Positions 1-9,097 of a stretch of DNA of 52,145 bases are shown piece by piece (position 1 is the first letter of the stretch; every line of letters starts with the position of its first letter). Below the pieces are notes generated by a model, which saw only the letters and a program-made list of their open reading frames with translations, searched no databases and was not told where the DNA came from. A program made the position numbers and the translations under genes. Source of the DNA: Nanobdellota archaeon (GTDB lineage: Archaea; Nanobdellota; Nanobdellia; Parvarchaeales; Parvarchaeaceae); the NCBI GenBank assembly GCA_021797085.1, contig JAKAAG010000004.1:1-52145 (forward strand). The letters run 5' to 3'.

Positions 1-71
1 ATGGAGTAGTAAAGGAATTTGACATAAAGAAAACAGTGGATAAACTTATAGCTCTTTACAATAAAATTTAA
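1..71 (+). CDS. 3' end of an upstream CDS cut by the window edge (product unknown)
   Basis: Frame 3 is open from the edge (GVVKEFDIKKTVDKLIALYNKI) to TAA at 69-71. Too short to assign a family. Confidence 0.3.
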   Translation, partial: GVVKEFDIKKTVDKLIALYNKI

Positions 72-105
72 ATGCTTAAATCTATTTAATACTAAAAATA
101 CTCCT

Positions 106-1548
106 ATGGTTATGAACAATTCAGTAAAGAAGTCGGTAATATTTACTATTGTGCTGCTGTCCGCAGTATTTTTAGTAGGAAACGCCCATGCTCTGAAGGT
201 AAGCCCTAATTCTATAACTGTTCAAAGCAACGCAGTTTCATACTTTAACTTTACATTTTACAATAACCAGAATACCACACAAAACATATCCCTAAATTTA
301 GGGAGAGCGTCTATAATATATTCTGGTTATTTTTACAGTATAGGCGCATTTCCAGATAATTTCGAACTTTTGCCTGGGCAGGCAAAGACTGTACTTTTTT
401 CCTTTGAATCAAAGGATGTTTTCTTCTCCTATCCGATAACAATGCAGATACCTTATAGTGATAATGGTTTATCAAATTACTTTAATCTAAGCGTTGCGAT
501 AATACCCATAACAAAAACCTCAATATACCTTTATTCAATAAACTCATCAAAGTCGTTCTATCCTTACAACAATATATATTTCCAAGTAAATGTGATGAAT
601 TCATTAGGGCAGACCGGTTTGATCTTGCCGTTTGTCTATAACCTGTCAAGTAACGGAAAGCTGATCTATTCTTCGTCAAAAAACGAAGTTATAGGAAACT
701 TGGGTTTGAATTCATTTAACTTCACAATTCCCATAAGCACATTGGGTTATCTTCTTCCGCCTGGGAAATACAACATATCCGTTTATACAAATTACAATAA
801 AAATTCATCTGCATTGTACTTTCCGATAAGTGTACTTACGTACTATAAGCCTGTGATCAGCAAAACATCCAGTTTTAACATTTTTGGTGGCAGCGCTTCA
901 ATAACCGTTAAGAACGAAGGAAATGTGCCTGTAAACAGAAGTGCAATTGCTTTGGGCATAAACAGCTTTAATTCACTGTTTTTGGTCTCTAAATCTTCAT
1001 CCAATGGCTCTGCCGTGATTTCAAATGGCTTGATCCAACCCTCTATAAGTTCTCTCATGCCTGGGCAGAGCATAACATTGCAGTATTCTGTATCTTATTA
1101 TCCAATATATCTTATAATTCTGATAATAGCATTGGCATTTGTCATATTCCTTTACTTTAACAGAAAGGTAGTATTCAAAAAGGAAGTTATAGAACACAAG
1201 GCAGTGGATGGTTTCATAGATATAAAAATAGCTTTAAGGCTTAAGAATATCTCTAGAAAGAAAATATACGGAATAGAATTAGAGGATGAAATACCTCCAA
1301 ATTCGTTGAAGGTAGCAAAAGCCGGTCAAAAAGAAGGAAAAATAACAAAGCACGGCAGCAGGATGCTCATTTCTTGGAAGGAAGAAGAACTTAATCCAAA
1401 CGACGAGATTATAGTTATGTATGAAGTAAAAAGCAAGATAGGCATAGTGGGGAACTTCGAATTGGAGAGGGCAAGCGTAAAGTTCGATTTCAATGGAAGA
1501 AGCTACAGAAAGAGTTCTAATTCATTGGTTCTGCACATAAAAACTTAA
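106..1548 (+). CDS. Signal-peptide-bearing membrane glycoprotein, function unknown
   Basis: Signal-like N-terminus (KKSVIFTIVLLSAVFLVGNAHA). Many NxS/T sequons. One TM helix (YYPIYLIILIIALAFVIFLYF), then a ~130-aa beta-rich tail that resembles a DUF11/CARDB-type sandwich by eye only. Confidence 0.6.
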   Translation: MVMNNSVKKSVIFTIVLLSAVFLVGNAHALKVSPNSITVQSNAVSYFNFTFYNNQNTTQNISLNLGRASIIYSGYFYSIGAFPDNFELLPGQAKTVLFSFESKDVFFSYPITMQIPYSDNGLSNYFNLSVAIIPITKTSIYLYSINSSKSFYPYNNIYFQVNVMNSLGQTGLILPFVYNLSSNGKLIYSSSKNEVIGNLGLNSFNFTIPISTLGYLLPPGKYNISVYTNYNKNSSALYFPISVLTYYKPVISKTSSFNIFGGSASITVKNEGNVPVNRSAIALGINSFNSLFLVSKSSSNGSAVISNGLIQPSISSLMPGQSITLQYSVSYYPIYLIILIIALAFVIFLYFNRKVVFKKEVIEHKAVDGFIDIKIALRLKNISRKKIYGIELEDEIPPNSLKVAKAGQKEGKITKHGSRMLISWKEEELNPNDEIIVMYEVKSKIGIVGNFELERASVKFDFNGRSYRKSSNSLVLHIKT

Positions 1549-1579
1549 TTTTAAAATGAATCTTAAAAGCGAATAAAAC

Positions 1580-1587
1580 TTTAAATA
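1580..1587 (+). promoter_or_regulatory. Archaeal TATA box (TTTAAATA) for tRNA-Asp
   Basis: Consensus-like octamer centred about 32 bp upstream of the tRNA 5' end at 1616. This implies a transcription start a few nt before the mature end. Confidence 0.45.
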
Positions 1588-1615
1588 GTTGTAGCGGATT
1601 TTTTAAAGAATACAA

Positions 1616-1688
1616 GCCCCGATAGTCTAGTGGTCTAGGATAGTGCCCTGTCACGGCATTGACGCGGGTCCGAATCCCGCTCGGGGCG
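1616..1688 (+). tRNA. tRNA-Asp (anticodon GTC)
   Basis: 73-nt cloverleaf. Acceptor GCCCCGA/TCGGGGC. D-stem GTCT/GGAT (with G-U pairs). Anticodon stem GTGCC/GGCAT with loop CTGTCAC. T-arm GCGGG-TCCGAAT-CCCGC. Discriminator G. No intron, and CCA is not encoded. Confidence 0.92.
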
Positions 1689-1718
1689 CTTGTAGAAGAA
1701 ATAGATCATTTGCATTAA

Positions 1719-1724
1719 TTTTTT
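1719..1724 (+). terminator. Oligo-T tract downstream of tRNA-Asp
   Basis: TTTTTT about 31 nt after the tRNA 3' end. Archaeal RNA polymerase terminates at T-runs. Confidence 0.35.
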
Positions 1725-1779
1725 GTAATTTTAGTATTCATTTAAAAATGCTTATATTCTACTAAAGTAATTACAATAA

Positions 1780-2631
1780 ATGAATACCTCAATCCATTCT
1801 AGAGATATTGGTCGGCTTTCCGAAATAGCGGTTTCGTTCAAGTATACCCTTAAGTCTTATCTAAGAACTAAGAGGTTTCTCGCTCTTGCCGTACTTGTAG
1901 CATTGATATCTATAGCCGTATTCGCCGTAGAAGCTCACGTTGGTGTGAGCGCTATAAATGCAGAGTACAGCAACGCTTCAAATTATCTCTATAGCTTCAT
2001 GCAGAACATTACTTATGTAGTTGTTATAGTGGCTGCTTTCTTCGGTGGTAATGCAATCTCTACTGATTTTGCTTCAAATTATAGCTATTACATACTTGTA
2101 CAGCCTGCCAGGAGAAGTTCCATTTTAGTGGGGAGGTACCTTGCAGCGTTATTAGCTTCTTTTTCAATAATATTGATATACTACGTTTTCGCAGTCATAA
2201 GCTCATTTTATTTCTTTTCTACCTTGCCAGCAGTCTTTGCCTCTTCTGTGGGTCTAGTAGCACTTTTCGTGCTTTCTATTCTTTCCTTTGCCTTTTTCCT
2301 AAGTTCCTTATTCAATAATCCTCAAACCAGTACCGTTGCAGTTGTAATTCTTTTGATAGTTGTTTTACCAATAGCTTCAAGTGTTCTTCAAAGCTTTTTG
2401 TCAGTAGAGCCATGGTTCCTTGTTAATTATGGCGGACAGGTAGTTTATACTGTTTTTTCAACGCATTTTGTTCATTTTTCACAGTTGAAGATACCTACAA
2501 AATCAGGACAGTTTACGATAACGCAGTATGAGCCTTATACACTAGAGGGGATAGAAATAATGCTCAGTTATGTTATAATATTCTTTATAGCTAGCGTATT
2601 CATGTACAAGTATAAAGAGGTGAAGGGATAA
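1780..2631 (+). CDS. ABC-2-type transporter permease
   Basis: Polytopic hydrophobic protein (at least 6 predicted helices). Its stop overlaps the ATG of the ATPase gene (TAATG). Confidence 0.65.
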   Translation: MNTSIHSRDIGRLSEIAVSFKYTLKSYLRTKRFLALAVLVALISIAVFAVEAHVGVSAINAEYSNASNYLYSFMQNITYVVVIVAAFFGGNAISTDFASNYSYYILVQPARRSSILVGRYLAALLASFSIILIYYVFAVISSFYFFSTLPAVFASSVGLVALFVLSILSFAFFLSSLFNNPQTSTVAVVILLIVVLPIASSVLQSFLSVEPWFLVNYGGQVVYTVFSTHFVHFSQLKIPTKSGQFTITQYEPYTLEGIEIMLSYVIIFFIASVFMYKYKEVKG

Positions 2632-3338
2632 TGGACATAGAAGTAAAGAACCTTACAAAGAGATATGGAGATAAACTAGCTTTGGATGACATCTCATTTT
2701 CACACAAAGGCAATGGCATTATTGGCTATTTGGGCCCAAATGGCGCTGGAAAGACAACAACATTTAAGATACTTGCGGGCCTGCTTAAACCGACTTCAGG
2801 TTCTGTTTTTGTAAATGGCTTTGATGTAAGTAAGGATTTAAAAAGTGTGCTTTTGAGCATAGGTGCTTTAATAGAATCTCCCGAGCCGGATAGAACACAG
2901 ACAATAAAAGAAGCATTAACTATGTCTGCTGAATTTAACGGTCTTTCTAAGGCAGACATTGAAAAGCAGATAAACAAATACGGAAAGCTTCTTGAACTCC
3001 CGCCGCTGGGTTCTAGAATAGGGAAGCTTTCAAAGGGCCAAAGGCAAAGGGTTTCATTAGTAGCAGCCTTAATTTCAGAGCCCACTATACTTTTGTTAGA
3101 CGAGCCCACAAGTGGCCTGGATCCTGCTGAGAGAATTAAGTTCAAGAAGCTTATTTTATCCATGAAAAAAGACAGATTGATACTGATAAGTTCACATGTA
3201 ATCCAGGAAATAAAGGAAGTATGCGATGAGATAATATTCATAAATAATGGAAAAATAATGAAACAAGACACAGTAAAAAACCTGCAGAAAAAATATAAGG
3301 ATCTGGAAAGAGCGTACATGAAAATAGTGGGAAGCTGA
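2631..3338 (+). CDS. ABC transporter ATP-binding protein
   Basis: Walker A GPNGAGKTT, ABC signature LSKGQRQR, Walker B LLLDEPTSGLD, H-loop SSH. Confidence 0.9.
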   Translation: MDIEVKNLTKRYGDKLALDDISFSHKGNGIIGYLGPNGAGKTTTFKILAGLLKPTSGSVFVNGFDVSKDLKSVLLSIGALIESPEPDRTQTIKEALTMSAEFNGLSKADIEKQINKYGKLLELPPLGSRIGKLSKGQRQRVSLVAALISEPTILLLDEPTSGLDPAERIKFKKLILSMKKDRLILISSHVIQEIKEVCDEIIFINNGKIMKQDTVKNLQKKYKDLERAYMKIVGS

Positions 3339-3370
3339 ATAACCTTTAGTATGTGCTCCTGTGCCCAAAG

Positions 3371-3378
3371 TTTTTAAG
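3371..3378 (+). promoter_or_regulatory. TATA-like box (TTTTTAAG) for a probably leaderless hisS
   Basis: Centred about 27 bp upstream of the ATG at 3402. No SD-like sequence lies in between. Confidence 0.35.
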
Positions 3379-3401
3379 CTTTGAATTTATAATATTCCAC
3401 T

Positions 3402-4634
3402 ATGGCTGAGAGGGTTAAAGGAGTAAGGGATTTTATGGGCAGGGAAGCATTCCTTAGACAGCAGGCTCTGGAAACCATTCGAAAGACATATGCACTTTTT
3501 GGATTTGAGCCAGTTGAAACGCCCTCATTTGAATACTTGTCATTGTTTACAGACAAATCCGGTCCAGAAATAGAATCTCAGTTGTATTCTTTTGAGGATA
3601 AAAAGGGAGAAAAGCTTGCCTTGCGGCCAGAACACACCATTTCAAAGCTTAGGGTAGTCTCTGGAAACAAATCACTTGTTTTTCCGCTTAGAGCATACAG
3701 CATAGGAAATGTATGGAGGTACGAAGACACAAAAAAAGGGAGGTGGAGGGAGTTCATCCAGGCAGACATAGATGTTTTCGGCTCTTCAAACATAATGTAT
3801 GATTCTGAGGTTATAGCATGCATAGACTTTGCATTGAAGAAGTTGGGCATAAACGGTTACAAGATAAATGTGAGTAACAGAAAAATCCTTACGTCTTTAA
3901 TGGAAAATCTTCAGGTAGAAGCAGAGAAAATCGTGCAGGTTTTAAGAGAAATTGACAAGCTGAATAAAGTTGGGATAGAGGAAGTTACAAAAAATGTAAG
4001 CAATTTGATTGGGGCAGAAAAGGCGGAAAAGGTAAGAGATTATTTGAATGGCAAAGATGTAACTGGTTTGGAAGGCATAAAAGAGGTAGATTATTTGATA
4101 GAAGACCTGAAGAAAAGCTATGGTGTAGAGGGAGTTTACTTTGAAAGATCTTTGGTAAGAGGCCAGGATTACTATGACGGCAGCATATTTGAATTTGAAT
4201 TCACAGAAGGTCAGTTAAAGGGGGTAGTGCTTGCAGGCGGCGGAAGATATGATAGAATCAGTAGGAATTTTGATGCAGACTTTGCAATAGTCGGCGGATC
4301 CATAGGTTTTGATGTAATAATGGAGGTTTTGATGGCAAATTACAAAAATGAATTTTACAAAAGCTTTTGCGTTCTCAGCGTAGATGACATAGAAAAAGCA
4401 AGAGAGATTGCAATGCTTTTAAGAAAAGAAGGGATAACGACAGATATCCTTTTGGATAGTATTTCGCTTTCAAAAGGATTAGATTACTGTAATTCTAAAA
4501 AAATCAAATATGCAGTGATAGTGGGAAAAAGAGACCTACAGGATAATCTTGTAACTGTTAGGGATCTTGAAAGCAAGAGAGAGATGAAATTCAATGTAGC
4601 TTCAATAGTAGATGAAGTAAAAAAGCTATTTTGA
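3402..4634 (+). CDS. hisS: Histidyl-tRNA synthetase
   Basis: Class II HisRS layout: KGVRDF near the N-terminus, LRPEHT, YRYE, GGGRYD, and a C-terminal anticodon-binding domain. 410 aa. Confidence 0.9.
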   Translation: MAERVKGVRDFMGREAFLRQQALETIRKTYALFGFEPVETPSFEYLSLFTDKSGPEIESQLYSFEDKKGEKLALRPEHTISKLRVVSGNKSLVFPLRAYSIGNVWRYEDTKKGRWREFIQADIDVFGSSNIMYDSEVIACIDFALKKLGINGYKINVSNRKILTSLMENLQVEAEKIVQVLREIDKLNKVGIEEVTKNVSNLIGAEKAEKVRDYLNGKDVTGLEGIKEVDYLIEDLKKSYGVEGVYFERSLVRGQDYYDGSIFEFEFTEGQLKGVVLAGGGRYDRISRNFDADFAIVGGSIGFDVIMEVLMANYKNEFYKSFCVLSVDDIEKAREIAMLLRKEGITTDILLDSISLSKGLDYCNSKKIKYAVIVGKRDLQDNLVTVRDLESKREMKFNVASIVDEVKKLF

Positions 4635-4680
4635 TGTAAAGTCATAAAGTTTAAATACCATAGAATTTAATATAATTAAA

Positions 4681-4840
4681 TGCAAAACAGTGCTTTCGCT
4701 GAAGAGTTTTTGGTTGTTTCAGCATACTTGTGGCACTGCAGCTTTTCTTCATATTCAATTAAGACAAACTGATTTGCCCAAATAATTTCTGACAAATTTC
4801 TCAGATTTTGTTTGGGCGGCGATTAAAATCTAATTTTTTA
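4681..4840 (+). ncRNA. Candidate structured small RNA or 5' leader upstream of the prkA operon
   Basis: TTTAAATA at 4650-4657 predicts a start near 4680. Nested hairpin: CAGTGC 4688-4693 pairs with GCACTG 4733-4738, enclosing GCTGAA 4698-4703 paired with TTCAGC 4718-4723. Second 10-bp hairpin: 4776-4785 with 4808-4817. T6 run at 4834-4839. No ORF in the interval. Confidence 0.2.
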
Positions 4841-4893
4841 TTTAATTTCCATATGGTTACTATTGAATAATTTAATAAGAATTGAAGGTGAAA

Positions 4894-5046
4894 ATGAATA
4901 TTATGGTGGCGGAAAACAGTGGGTTTATGCAGGTATTTAGCATAAAATTTGTAAATTTTATTAAAAATATAAGTGAAAGTTTAGAATTTTTTGAAGAAAA
5001 AGTATATAAAGGATATATATTCCTATATATACTGGGGGTTGAGTGA
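4894..5046 (+). CDS. Possible 50-codon upstream ORF ahead of prkA
   Basis: ATG preceded by GAAGGTGA (7 of 8 match to the anti-SD complement GGAGGTGA) at typical spacing. The TGA at 5044-5046 ends 1 nt before the prkA ATG at 5048. There is no recognisable domain and it may be non-coding. Confidence 0.2.
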   Translation: MNIMVAENSGFMQVFSIKFVNFIKNISESLEFFEEKVYKGYIFLYILGVE

Positions 5047-5047
5047 T

Positions 5048-7264
5048 ATGGGAGAAAAAACGTCGTTTAAACAAAAAATGAGTTTAGATGAATTTCTAGA
5101 GTTCGGTAAAGAGAGGCCGGAACTATTCTATAATGCAAATCAAAGGGCATTGGCCGCAATAGAATCCTATGGCAAAAAAGACGGTAAATGGCAATTTCTT
5201 GTAAAGCAGCCAAATGATCAAAGAAACATAAAAACAAGGTACGATTCAAGTGATTTTGCAGATGAATTTGTTTCTTTTCTTAAAAGGGCAGCAAGAAACA
5301 GCGACATGAAAAACAAGCTTACGGTAATAATCTCTCCTCCTGGCGCAGGTAAAAGTGAGTTCCTTAATACATTAGCTGAGACTTTAAGGGTTTACTCGGA
5401 AGGTATAGGGGCGCAGTATGTTTTGAAATTAGACCTAGATTCACTTGAAAATAACCCTGCGTTGGATGTATTAACGAAAGAGCAGAAACAAAAGTTTTTG
5501 CAAGATGTACATTCACAGCTGGGCTCTAGAGGAAAAAGAAAATTGACATTGGGTGAAAATATACAGGATGAAATCTACTTACTGCAGAAAAGGCCAGGAT
5601 CTTCTAAGAAGACAAAGATAGAAGAACTTATGGAAAGCCTAGATAACTCAGACAGAGAATACTGGACAGTGCCCTCCATAAATAAAAGAGGGGCGGTGAG
5701 TTCTACTCTTAGCAAGATAAAAGGAACGCTTGCCGATTCTTTAAGTCAGTTCGTTTTGAAAGACAATAAACCGGATCATGAAAAAATACAGAGCATCATA
5801 GAAAAACTTGTAAGCGTTGAACTTGCAAGTGATGATGATGTTATCCACATATCTGAGCCGGTTGTTGCAGCAGATGACCAGCACTTGGATTACAAAGGAA
5901 TATTCGGTGGAAGGATGTTCTATAGAATATTGAATGAACTAGGGGGAGATAACTCAAACGTTTTGGCATATGATTTTGGTATACTTGGAAGCCAGTCAGC
6001 TCCTTCTCCAAGAGGGAATATAATATACATAAGTGAAGTCCTTAAGGGTTCTTCATCTTTTGCAAATTCGCTTTTGGACTTTGTGCAGGACACAAGAACG
6101 AAGGTTTCTCCATCGTTTAAAGAGTCCTTTGACGCAATAATGATAGGAACTACGAACATGGACGACTACAAAAAGATAGCTGACAGCATAAAACCTTACC
6201 TTCTGCGTAGGTCAAATATAATTGTATTCAGGTCTATGACAAAGCTTTCTGATGCCGAAACAGCATTGGATGACATATACAAGCATGCTGCAAAGGAATT
6301 GAATATACACTACCCCCCACACTTCCTTAGAATGTTGTCAAGAATATGGGTGGAAGCAAGCATTTCCCACTATGACAACATATCATTGAAAGACAAAGCT
6401 GACATATACAATGGAGTTTTCCTGCCTGAAATAAAGGTGTCTCTTGAAGACATAATAAGGGAAGCAACGCAGAAGCCTATCTTGGAATTAGAGGAAGGGG
6501 TAAAACTTGGCATACCTTACGATGACATGGTAAAATCACCTTCAAAGCTCCTTTCCTATGCTAACTTCAGCAGGAAAATGGGTGTAGAAGCAGGTTACAT
6601 ACCTAAGGAAGAACTCAAGGAAAGGGTATGCCTTGGAACAATACTTGACAATTTAAATGGTACAAGGTATATAGAAGACTTTCTGAATACCATGGAGGAT
6701 CTTTCTCCTGAAACAAAGGCAAGAGTTCAGCCAAGGGAAAAAGGGGAAGGCAGCACAATAGTGCAAGACGCATACGACGAAATAAAAAGAATGATGAAAA
6801 ACGACGTATCAATGGTTGAGTACGGCTCCGAAAAAGTCCAGGATCTTGTGAATAAATACGTTATAAACGTGTACTACATAAAGAAGACTGGTAGCGAAAA
6901 CGATAAAAAAGTGAGGGTTCCAATGTTTGGAACTGTCCAGCCAATCGACTACGATTTCGTTACAGACCTTGAAAAGAGGGCAAACCTTAGAAGCGATGTA
7001 ATGCGCGACAGCATATACAGTATAATAAACGATGCTTCAATAGCTAACAACAAGAAAAATATAGATGAGCTTGTAAAGATGCTTACGCCTACGATAATTG
7101 AAAGGCACCCACAGCTTACGGCTGGCATAGTTGACAAACTAAGCGCATCCGTTGCAGGAACTGCTACTGAATTAGATCAGGATAGGATAATAAGCAAATT
7201 GATTGACATTGGTTACTGTAATCAATGTGCACGTGTTGCCTATAATCTCTTTATAACGAAGTAG
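5048..7264 (+). CDS. prkA: PrkA-family AAA+ / putative serine protein kinase (paralogue 1)
   Basis: Walker A SPPGAGKSE in a PrkA/YeaG-like N-terminal context, with a long helical C-terminal region. It heads a prkA-yeaH-spoVR type gene string. ATG 5048 is preferred over the TTG at 4991 used by the ORF track. Confidence 0.8.
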   Translation: MGEKTSFKQKMSLDEFLEFGKERPELFYNANQRALAAIESYGKKDGKWQFLVKQPNDQRNIKTRYDSSDFADEFVSFLKRAARNSDMKNKLTVIISPPGAGKSEFLNTLAETLRVYSEGIGAQYVLKLDLDSLENNPALDVLTKEQKQKFLQDVHSQLGSRGKRKLTLGENIQDEIYLLQKRPGSSKKTKIEELMESLDNSDREYWTVPSINKRGAVSSTLSKIKGTLADSLSQFVLKDNKPDHEKIQSIIEKLVSVELASDDDVIHISEPVVAADDQHLDYKGIFGGRMFYRILNELGGDNSNVLAYDFGILGSQSAPSPRGNIIYISEVLKGSSSFANSLLDFVQDTRTKVSPSFKESFDAIMIGTTNMDDYKKIADSIKPYLLRRSNIIVFRSMTKLSDAETALDDIYKHAAKELNIHYPPHFLRMLSRIWVEASISHYDNISLKDKADIYNGVFLPEIKVSLEDIIREATQKPILELEEGVKLGIPYDDMVKSPSKLLSYANFSRKMGVEAGYIPKEELKERVCLGTILDNLNGTRYIEDFLNTMEDLSPETKARVQPREKGEGSTIVQDAYDEIKRMMKNDVSMVEYGSEKVQDLVNKYVINVYYIKKTGSENDKKVRVPMFGTVQPIDYDFVTDLEKRANLRSDVMRDSIYSIINDASIANNKKNIDELVKMLTPTIIERHPQLTAGIVDKLSASVAGTATELDQDRIISKLIDIGYCNQCARVAYNLFITK

Positions 7265-7273
7265 GTCTGATTT

Positions 7274-9097
7274 ATGGGTAGCATCGGCCTTGAACGCCTT
7301 GTGGGAAGTGGAGAAGAAAGCACTGTAGACCGTGTCAGGAAAAGCATAATCATTGAGAATGCATTTGACAGTATCTATGGAATAAAGGACGTGAAGGAAA
7401 ACTTTATGAACGCCCTGGAGCAGGCTTCTTTCATTTCAAGGCAGGGGTATACCCCAATATTATTGTTGATAGGCCCAAGCGGTAGCGGTAAAACTGAAAT
7501 AATAAACAGCGTTGTAAGGGCATACAAAAAGTATTCAATGTCGAATGAAATGTTCACCTTGAATATAAACGGTGCAAAATGTCGTTACAATGAGAATCCC
7601 TATAACCTTTACAGGTCTATCCTACCCATAGACCTGGAAGAGAATGGTTCAAACAATGTAAATAACCACAAAAGACCTGAGGTATGCTACCAGTGTGAGC
7701 ACAACTTGGAAAGCATAATAGAAAATGGAAAAATAAGCGCCGAAAAAATAAAATTGGATAGAATATACCCACAGTCTTCAATAGTTGAATTTGGCGATAG
7801 TTTTCTTCTTCCATCTTTCTTGGGAGTGATAATGAATTCAAACAGGTCTATTCTAACAATAAGCGCAGATAAAAGCAGACTGGAAAATATAAACCCAAAG
7901 GTCTTTCAACTTCTGAATAATATCTATGACAATAATTTCTCTGATCCGATGGGAAACAGGATACCGCTTGACAGTTTGATAATAATGCACAGCAATGAGA
8001 CTTTTATGGAGCTGGATGAAGAACAAAAAAGAGAGTCAAGGCCACTACTTGAAAGAATAATACGTGTTAACGTAAGGCGCAATCTTTCATATTCTCAGGA
8101 AATAAAGCTTGCTGAGGAATCCAAAATACCTGTTAAGAACCTAGTACCGCATTTTCTGGAGTATCTTGCTAAATTGAATGTTTTGTCGAGAATTGACAGC
8201 GAGGTAATTAGTAGCGCAGATGATGATAAGCTGGACAATATACTAGAACTGCTTGATTATTATGATTCCTCCAATTTAAAAGAGTTTGAAAAGAAGATGA
8301 CGCAGTCAATGTCAAATTTTCTGAGCAAACTTCTTCCAGATTACAATGCCTATCTCTCTAGGAAAGACTTTGAAGAAAGCAAGTACCTAAAGGATGCAGC
8401 ACACAGCATAATCTACGATTCTAATGACTATAAAAGTGGATGGACTTCGGGAATATCCTCTAGATCAATAAGCAGCATACTTGATTTTAATTACGCTTCA
8501 AATAAGTCAAGAGACTCTCTTTTGTTTTCTGATATAGCAAGTTACCTAGATAAAAACGAGGAAAAAATGGATAGGGAGGTATACTCCAGAATAAAAAGCT
8601 ATATTGATTCAGTTATAACAAACGACGTGCGTTTTGAAATAAACTATGCATTGCTTTCCTTTTATTTTGGAGAACATTTCAATGATTATGCAAGCACTAT
8701 ATCAGAGTATATAGACTCAATGATTTCAGTGAAACAGTCACAGGAATTCAAGGATGCAAATGGCTACCTAACAGAAGCAGGGAGGTATCTAGACGTAGAT
8801 GGGCTGAAAAACCAGATAAGTGCGTTTAAACTCAAAAAAGTACCTTTAGGGATAGTAAATTATACTACAAAATTCGAGGATCTCCTGCATTTTCTGGTTT
8901 CAACGGGCAAAGACTTTATAAAAACAGAAAATAAATTCAAGAACTTTATCGGAGAAGATGGAAAGGACATCAACAGAAACTCTGAATTGTATCCTTACAT
9001 AAAGAATTTCCTTATTGCAAAGCGCGGTTATTTCGATGAAGCAATTGAAGAAGCATTAAAGATATACAAGGAGGGGACGTTGTTTTATGACAAGTGA
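7274..9097 (+). CDS. PrkA-family AAA+ protein (paralogue 2)
   Basis: LLLIGPSGSGKTE Walker A preceded by FDSIYGIKDVKE, as in the PrkA N-terminal domain. Cys motifs KCRYNENPYNLY and EVCYQCEH match the PrkA AAA-domain pattern. Overlaps the next gene by 11 bp. Confidence 0.7.
   Translation: MGSIGLERLVGSGEESTVDRVRKSIIIENAFDSIYGIKDVKENFMNALEQASFISRQGYTPILLLIGPSGSGKTEIINSVVRAYKKYSMSNEMFTLNINGAKCRYNENPYNLYRSILPIDLEENGSNNVNNHKRPEVCYQCEHNLESIIENGKISAEKIKLDRIYPQSSIVEFGDSFLLPSFLGVIMNSNRSILTISADKSRLENINPKVFQLLNNIYDNNFSDPMGNRIPLDSLIIMHSNETFMELDEEQKRESRPLLERIIRVNVRRNLSYSQEIKLAEESKIPVKNLVPHFLEYLAKLNVLSRIDSEVISSADDDKLDNILELLDYYDSSNLKEFEKKMTQSMSNFLSKLLPDYNAYLSRKDFEESKYLKDAAHSIIYDSNDYKSGWTSGISSRSISSILDFNYASNKSRDSLLFSDIASYLDKNEEKMDREVYSRIKSYIDSVITNDVRFEINYALLSFYFGEHFNDYASTISEYIDSMISVKQSQEFKDANGYLTEAGRYLDVDGLKNQISAFKLKKVPLGIVNYTTKFEDLLHFLVSTGKDFIKTENKFKNFIGEDGKDINRNSELYPYIKNFLIAKRGYFDEAIEEALKIYKEGTLFYDK

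Noticed and set aside
2726-3319. 197-aa minus-strand ORF.
   Set aside because: It lies entirely inside the ABC ATPase gene, whose Walker and signature motifs fix the coding strand. It has no motifs of its own.
4632-4700. Possible box C/D sRNA (TGATGT ... CTGA) just after hisS. I also looked in 11749-11898, next to nop5/flpA.
   Set aside because: The C box is imperfect, there are no C'/D' boxes at proper spacing and no terminal stem. Nothing in the nop5 upstream gap resembles RUGAUGA ... CUGA.
4991-5047. TTG-initiated 19-codon N-terminal extension of prkA given by the ORF track.
   Set aside because: The extension (MKKKYIKDIYSYIYWGLSD) covers TATA-like AT-rich sequence. The ATG at 5048 has an upstream purine-rich GAGTGAT and abuts the stop of the small upstream ORF.
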